From NCBI GenBank assembly GCA_963675595.2, contig CAXXLZ010000002.1:1536001-1600000 (forward strand): a stretch of DNA of 64,000 bases, in the 5' to 3' direction. This stretch comes from Thermodesulfobacteriota bacterium. Lineage in GTDB: Bacteria > Desulfobacterota > Desulfarculia > JACQYL01. Positions 58,768-64,000 of this stretch are shown piece after piece. A program made the translations under genes and the position numbers. Under the pieces are notes generated by a model. The model did no database searches. It saw only the letters and a program-made list of their open reading frames with translations, and was not told the origin of the DNA. Each line of letters starts with the position of its first letter. Within the stretch, counting starts at the first letter, position 1.

Positions 58768-59946
58768 TCAAATTCGGGACGATACCGGAACTAGGCTTTG
58801 CCACCGTGCGTTGTCTCGTACGGCCTCCCGGACGCCGACAACCGGCTTGTGACCTGGAAACCATCCCATGATTTCATTGTACAGATGAACGGTTTCATCT
58901 TCGGTTCGGCGATGAAACCAGAGGCGTCCCAATGCCATCCAGGAAGCCCATATGCGCAGAAACGGCGGTTTCCGCAGTGCTTTCAGCAGGTACGCACCGA
59001 AGGGGCGTCCGCGCACAAGATTCCTGAAAGCAAAGGACGCACAATTACCCCAGAACGGACGGCCGAGCCGGAGATCGGGAAGCCTTCGGGCCATGATCTC
59101 CCATGAAAGGGCCTGAGAATCCCAATAGCGGGAAAGGTAGTGTCTCAGCCGCCGGTACAACCCCTCGACAACACTCTTCATTCGGTCCTCCAGGCCCGAC
59201 AAGACCGGCTTTCGTCCGCAGAGAGCCGATCGGGCGAAAACCAGGTCCTCCGACGAAATACCGCGACGCGCCGTGCTCCTATTTTCGTCGACCAAAACCG
59301 GAGATGCCCCTTCGTAAAGAGCGTGAGGATACGATTGGTGCCCGCCCTGATCGATGAGGTCGGACTCCAGACAGGCCCACACGGTTTTGGCCGTTCGGTG
59401 CGCCCACAAAATCTTATCGTTAATTGTCCAATATGCTTCTATCAGCCCCCAAAGGCGGTTGCACAGAAGCCGTAGCCCCTGGCCCGCACTCATGACTCCG
59501 GAGAACGAATGAGGACGACGCCCTTGGATGTCCAAACCCCAAATCGGGATTCCGGCGTCGAACAGGTTCCGATAATCCAGGATGTGCGGCAGGTGCGCGA
59601 GAGTTATGGGTGATTCCAGGGCCACGTCTACGTGCGCTCCATTGGGCAGTGACCACGACAGCTTGGAGCGTCGAAGTCGTTCCACAAGCAGACGTTGGGT
59701 GGGAACCACCGCCACGAGGTCGAAATCGCTGATAAAACGAATGACTCCCGATGCATCGCTAAACGCACAGAAGTCTCCTGTGCTGAAGCTGCCGTAAAGG
59801 ATCAGGGCCCGGAGACCTGGAATCCGTTTTCGGGCATCCTCTGCGATGCGCCGTAACGTGCGGACGATTTCATCACGCACTTCCGGCGCCGCGCACGCGT
59901 AAAATTCCGGAAGACGGACCCCGTGGGTCCCGATGGGTCCGTTCAT
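58768..59946 (-). CDS. Pol-beta-type nucleotidyltransferase domain protein
   Basis: LILYGSFSTGD...SDFDL...VDV (hG[GS]x9-13DhD-like with insertion), followed by a helical C-domain. Confidence 0.7.
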   Translation of the reverse strand: MNGPIGTHGVRLPEFYACAAPEVRDEIVRTLRRIAEDARKRIPGLRALILYGSFSTGDFCAFSDASGVIRFISDFDLVAVVPTQRLLVERLRRSKLSWSLPNGAHVDVALESPITLAHLPHILDYRNLFDAGIPIWGLDIQGRRPHSFSGVMSAGQGLRLLCNRLWGLIEAYWTINDKILWAHRTAKTVWACLESDLIDQGGHQSYPHALYEGASPVLVDENRSTARRGISSEDLVFARSALCGRKPVLSGLEDRMKSVVEGLYRRLRHYLSRYWDSQALSWEIMARRLPDLRLGRPFWGNCASFAFRNLVRGRPFGAYLLKALRKPPFLRIWASWMALGRLWFHRRTEDETVHLYNEIMGWFPGHKPVVGVREAVRDNARWQSLVPVSSRI

Positions 59947-61283
59947 ATGCTCAAAGGAGAGCCGTTCATGCAGGGCTCGGAAGAAGGTTGCTTCATCCCC
60001 ATCATGGAATCCGCCCGGCCGTGTCGAGCGTGACCAGAGCCTTCCTCGGCGGAGCGAAGCTCTTGATGTCCGGCTTTTCTAGCCTGGAGTACCGATGGCG
60101 CGTATCCCCGACGCAAAATCTGCGAGAGGCGGGCGAACAACCCCGAAGCAATTTGATTCATATCCCGTTCCGCCAGGATGTAAGCCCTTGCCGCCCGACC
60201 CATTCGTTCCGCCATGTGCGGGTCCTCCAGTACCGATTCCATAGCGGATGCGAGAGCCCGCACATTCCCTTCCGGAACCGGCCAACCGTTTTCTCCCGGC
60301 CGTACAACTTCACCGCGGGCGGGCCAATCGGTGGTAATGACCGGAGTTCCGCAGCTCATGGCCTGCAGCAAAGCGCTCGGCAAAGGATCGTAGCCGGTGG
60401 AAAAGGCGATAAACGCTCGAGCCCCGGCGAACAAGGCCGGCATTTGCGCCTCGGGAACGTTGTTTGTTATGCGCACGAATTCCGAGAGCCCGAGATCAAG
60501 CACCATCCTACGAATACGCGCCAGGTAGGAGGAATTATCCACGAAACCGACCAAGCTAAGTCTGAAAGGAAACTTTTTTTCCGCAAGGATACGCGCGGCC
60601 GAAACCACGAGGTGGAAGCCCTTCTCTGGTGAGAATCGTCCAACGGTGAGAAATTCCGGCACCTCCTCGATGCGTTCCACGGGCCGATAGAGGCTCGTGT
60701 CGACTCCATTGGGAAAAACGGCCGGCTGCGAGTCGAGATGAAAGAAGGCTTCCGTCATTCGAGCGTCGTTGAGGCAATTGGGGGCCACAAGCCGGGCGTT
60801 ACGCAGATTCCATTGCAGCAAAGGGCGACTGACGAGTTGGATGAAGCACTTGCGCAGGAAATTTCGCACACCGGTATTTAGATTCTTGAGATACCCGACG
60901 TTCAACCCTGGGACCAGATAGCCGTAGGAGACGTTTCGCCGGTTGATGAGGGGAAGTTCCCACACAAGAGGTGAGAGGCTGATCGCCCAATCGAAGGCGC
61001 GGGTCTTCAGCAGATTCTCCACAAGAGCGTAACGCCGGAGACTAAGACTGATACCTCGACGGTGGCCTCCAATGTGTGTCATGCTGAAGTAGCGATGGAC
61101 GTGCACCCCGTGGATTCGTTGCTCCGAAGGTTGGTCTTGGGTCTTTCGGGAGACCACGTGCACCTCGGCCCCTGCTCGAACCAACGCCCGGGACAGGTAG
61201 AGCGGAAAATACTGTCCACCGCAGAACAAAGGTTCGTCGTTCGACGCGGGATACGGATAGGCGCAAACGATCAGAAGCCGCAA
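59943..61283 (-). CDS. glycosyltransferase family 4
   Basis: PNGVD, VGRFSPEKG and LLQAMSCGTPVITT motifs; GGAGG + TTG start. Confidence 0.88.
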   Translation of the reverse strand: MRLLIVCAYPYPASNDEPLFCGGQYFPLYLSRALVRAGAEVHVVSRKTQDQPSEQRIHGVHVHRYFSMTHIGGHRRGISLSLRRYALVENLLKTRAFDWAISLSPLVWELPLINRRNVSYGYLVPGLNVGYLKNLNTGVRNFLRKCFIQLVSRPLLQWNLRNARLVAPNCLNDARMTEAFFHLDSQPAVFPNGVDTSLYRPVERIEEVPEFLTVGRFSPEKGFHLVVSAARILAEKKFPFRLSLVGFVDNSSYLARIRRMVLDLGLSEFVRITNNVPEAQMPALFAGARAFIAFSTGYDPLPSALLQAMSCGTPVITTDWPARGEVVRPGENGWPVPEGNVRALASAMESVLEDPHMAERMGRAARAYILAERDMNQIASGLFARLSQILRRGYAPSVLQARKAGHQELRSAEEGSGHARHGRADSMMGMKQPSSEPCMNGSPLSI

Positions 61284-62527
61284 GGGAACATCCTCCACGG
61301 ACCCGGCGTGTCTCGTTCCCCGGAGGCCTCCATCAAGTCCCGGTACAGATTCGTATATCGATCCACCACCTGTTCCCAACCGTATTCCCTGCGGACGCTT
61401 TCCACCGCGTTGCGTGAAACGCTCAATTGAACTTCCAGTCGCATTAGAACTTCGTCGACAGCTTCGGCCATGAGGTCCGGTCGATCTACGGGCGTCAAGA
61501 AACCGTTTTCGCCGTGTCTGATCAGGCGGCTCAGGTCCCCGGACTTAGCCGCGAAGACCGGTCGGCCGCAGGCCATGGACTCCGTGACCACACTGGACAC
61601 GCCTCCGATTTTTCGAAACGGAAAAACGCACAGGTCGGCTTTGGCGATCTCCCCGGCCAGGTCTTCATGGGCCATGGGCGGTAAGAATTCCACGGGAAGT
61701 CGTTTTTCCTCGGCTCGTGCTTTCATGGCCTGCAGCAAGGGTCCGTCACCCACCACGCGGGGCCGCAAAGACCTGCCTCGATCCCGAAGCGCCTCCAGGA
61801 TTTCAAGCAATTGGAGGGGACCGTTGGCCTCCGTGATGCGCCCGAAATACAACAAGCGGCTGGGGCGGCCGTTGCCCGTGGGAAGGCTTTCCACCTCGGG
61901 TTCCGGGGGTCTGAAAAGGGAGGTATCGACTCCCACGGGAATCACGTGAATTTTACGTGAAGGAATTTCGGCCCCGATGAGCTCGTCTCTTAAGTCCGAA
62001 CCGTTGACGATGACCGCATCGGCCGCTCTGAAAGCGAGCCGGGCCGGCCATTGAAAGAAGATGCCTTTGGTACGGTCGTATTTGTCTTCCACTTCACGAC
62101 GGCTCTCACCGTTTCGAAAGAGATTGCCTCCGAATCGGATCACCAGCTTATGGTTTCCCCCCAGGCGGCACCACGCGCCCACCAGGGCCGAGGAATGCAG
62201 GTCCGTATGGATGATTTCCGCCTTCTTAATTGCATGGGCCGCCCGTGTACTCAGGAACAGCGTGGTCAAACGCTCCCTGATGATTGCCGGAGTGACACGG
62301 TTGAAATCAACGGGAAAACGATCATAGGTTCGTATGGGATGGACGGGATAGGAGAAGCCTTTCCTGGACAGCCCTCTTTCCCAGATGAGGGGAAAGACGC
62401 GAGGTTTCCATTCGGGTCGCCGAGACAGATGATCCACTAGAGCCCTGTTTTGGATGGGTCCGCCCCCGAGCTTGGGATAGAAGTTGTCGAAAATGAAGCT
62501 GATTTCAGTTGTGTTGCAGTCTCGCAT
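61271..62527 (-). CDS. glycosyltransferase family 4
   Basis: FYPKLGGG, IPVGVD, YFGR, VGDGP and ESMACGRPV motifs. Confidence 0.88.
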   Translation of the reverse strand: MRDCNTTEISFIFDNFYPKLGGGPIQNRALVDHLSRRPEWKPRVFPLIWERGLSRKGFSYPVHPIRTYDRFPVDFNRVTPAIIRERLTTLFLSTRAAHAIKKAEIIHTDLHSSALVGAWCRLGGNHKLVIRFGGNLFRNGESRREVEDKYDRTKGIFFQWPARLAFRAADAVIVNGSDLRDELIGAEIPSRKIHVIPVGVDTSLFRPPEPEVESLPTGNGRPSRLLYFGRITEANGPLQLLEILEALRDRGRSLRPRVVGDGPLLQAMKARAEEKRLPVEFLPPMAHEDLAGEIAKADLCVFPFRKIGGVSSVVTESMACGRPVFAAKSGDLSRLIRHGENGFLTPVDRPDLMAEAVDEVLMRLEVQLSVSRNAVESVRREYGWEQVVDRYTNLYRDLMEASGERDTPGPWRMFPCGF

Positions 62528-63905
62528 ACCAATGATAAACCGCTTTTTTCACAGATGAGGGCACCAGGTGACGGACGGCGCCGTAACCTTCCGACAAGAC
62601 ATCGAATGTAAGCGCTTCCAGGGCCTTACGGCTCGATTGTCTCAGAAGCGTCCGATACCGGAACAGGAGACGATTGAACCGGATACGTCGGGACGACATG
62701 TGAGGGTAGCGCATGATGGAAACAAAACGGTGCGAACGCGGCAGGGTTCGATTCTTTATCCAGCCGTGTTCAAGGGAGTCTTTGTAGAGTTTTGTCCCAG
62801 GATAGGGTTGAAAGGTCGATACCTGTATGAAGTCCGGCTTTGCTCGTTGATTCAAGGCCACGGTGGCGGCGTAATCCGCCTCGGTCTCCGTGGGCACTCC
62901 CGTCATGTTGAAGGCATAGGTTCGGATACCGGCCTCCGCGGCCAGATGGAAGGCACGGATGATGCGCGCATCGGACACCTTGCGCCCCATGATTTCCCGG
63001 CGGATGCGGGGGGACCCTGATTCGATGCCCATTTGCAGTTCCACGCAGCCTGCGGCCTTCAAGGCCCGGATCACGCGAGGTGAAACCATCTCCGGGCGTG
63101 CGTTGCACACGAAAGGCAGTCCGATACGTCGAGGATAGGCTTCGGCGAATTCTTCAAGCCAGGGGATGGAAACGGCGAACAGGTCATTGACGAATTCTAC
63201 GCTTCGGACATCATGGTTCGCCCGGACCGATTCGATTTCGTCCAGAATGGCATCAACCGTCCGCATACGCACGTACGACCCGGTTCCGCTGTAAAACCCA
63301 TGCATGAAATGGTTGATGCAGTAGTTGCACCCGAAGGGGCAGCCTCGTCCCGACAACACGTCGAGACGCCCGTCGCGCGCGTTGAGGTATCGGTCCAGAT
63401 CGAACAGTTCCCGGTCGGGCAAAGGAATGGAATCGAGCCGTTTCGCCAAGGGCGCCGGAGCATTCAGCACGATTTCGTCGCGCCGTGTGTACCCGATGCC
63501 CGGCACTTGATGGATTTCGCCGTGACCGAAGGCATTGCAGAATTCCACGATGGTATGTTCGCCTTCTCCACGGCCGATGAAATCGACTCCGGGCCATCGG
63601 AGGACCTCCTGAGGCGCCACCGTGGCATGGACTCCTCCCACCAGCACGGGAAGATGGAACTTTTCCTTTGCACGACGTACCCATGCCTTGGCTCTAGTCG
63701 CTTCCGGACTTCGTATGGAGAAAGCGAGCAAATCCGGTTGTTCGGCCCTCACGCAATCTTCAAAGGCTTTTCGCCCGGGATCGAAGGTCCCGTCGAAAAG
63801 CGCGGTGCGGTGTCCTGCTTTCTTGAGAGCGGCGGACAAGTAGGCCACTCCCAAAGGGATGTATTCCTGATGGGTCGCGTTGAGATATACGAACAGCACC
63901 TTCAT
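62505..63905 (-). CDS. B12-binding radical SAM protein
   Basis: PLGVAYLSA, VGGVHAT, GEGE, SGRGCPFGCNYC, GIESGS and PYPGT motifs. Confidence 0.93.
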   Translation of the reverse strand: MKVLFVYLNATHQEYIPLGVAYLSAALKKAGHRTALFDGTFDPGRKAFEDCVRAEQPDLLAFSIRSPEATRAKAWVRRAKEKFHLPVLVGGVHATVAPQEVLRWPGVDFIGRGEGEHTIVEFCNAFGHGEIHQVPGIGYTRRDEIVLNAPAPLAKRLDSIPLPDRELFDLDRYLNARDGRLDVLSGRGCPFGCNYCINHFMHGFYSGTGSYVRMRTVDAILDEIESVRANHDVRSVEFVNDLFAVSIPWLEEFAEAYPRRIGLPFVCNARPEMVSPRVIRALKAAGCVELQMGIESGSPRIRREIMGRKVSDARIIRAFHLAAEAGIRTYAFNMTGVPTETEADYAATVALNQRAKPDFIQVSTFQPYPGTKLYKDSLEHGWIKNRTLPRSHRFVSIMRYPHMSSRRIRFNRLLFRYRTLLRQSSRKALEALTFDVLSEGYGAVRHLVPSSVKKAVYHWYARLQHN

Positions 63906-64000
63906 GCGCGTACGGCTTCCACGTAAATGTTCCGAGGTATTCCTCGGGCTGGTGAACGACGGATTTGGGTGACGGTGAAACCATTCCGTTTCAGCGTGCG
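63902..64000 (-). CDS. 3' end of upstream gene (possibly methyltransferase-like), partial
   Basis: RTLKRNGFTVTQI...NIYVEAVRA-TGA; its stop overlaps ATG 63905 (ATGA), so the operon continues beyond the window. Confidence 0.55.
   Translation of the reverse strand, partial: RTLKRNGFTVTQIRRSPARGIPRNIYVEAVRA

Noticed and set aside
58673-58864. Frameshifted true C-terminus of the nucleotidyltransferase (alternate frame ends overlapping the next TTG)
   Set aside because: The alternate-frame peptide is not convincingly protein-like; cannot be decided without homologues.
1-64000. CRISPR array or cas genes
   Set aside because: No regularly spaced identical repeats with unique spacers; the repeats seen are coding, IS ends or dispersed palindromes.

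Overview
Accessory, IS-rich region of a GC-rich bacterium. Gene content suggests a Desulfobacterota/deltaproteobacterium, which is inference only. Left (1-6.6 kb): end of a UspA gene, a P3A-type H+-ATPase, a sigma54/IHF-driven but decaying NifX/NifU operon, and an IPTL-CTERM surface protein. 7-15 kb (minus strand): a glycan-modification operon (split transketolase, NDP-sugar epimerase, GT2, TIGR03032/DUF4915 protein, sulfotransferase), cut by IS1634 and IS21 and interleaved with a dispersed palindromic repeat family. 18-35 kb: an IS66/IS630 chimera, a thaumatin-like lipoprotein + beta-barrel + beta-helix module split by an IS1182-like element, and a pentapeptide-repeat gene that rebuilds in frame after removing four IS elements (one nested). 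At 35.1 kb the 3' half of a tRNA-Arg(ACG) next to a tyrosine integrase marks an att site. To its right lie a large gingipain (C25)-Ig-F-type-lectin protein and a >20 kb minus-strand glycan-tailoring locus with four cobalamin-dependent radical SAM enzymes (one fused to a second radical SAM-SPASM enzyme), three GT4s, a GT-C-like membrane protein, AsnB, a sulfotransferase, methyltransferases, a nucleotidyltransferase and a phosphodiesterase. This locus is the best candidate for an undescribed system. All calls come from reading motifs by eye; no database searches were run.
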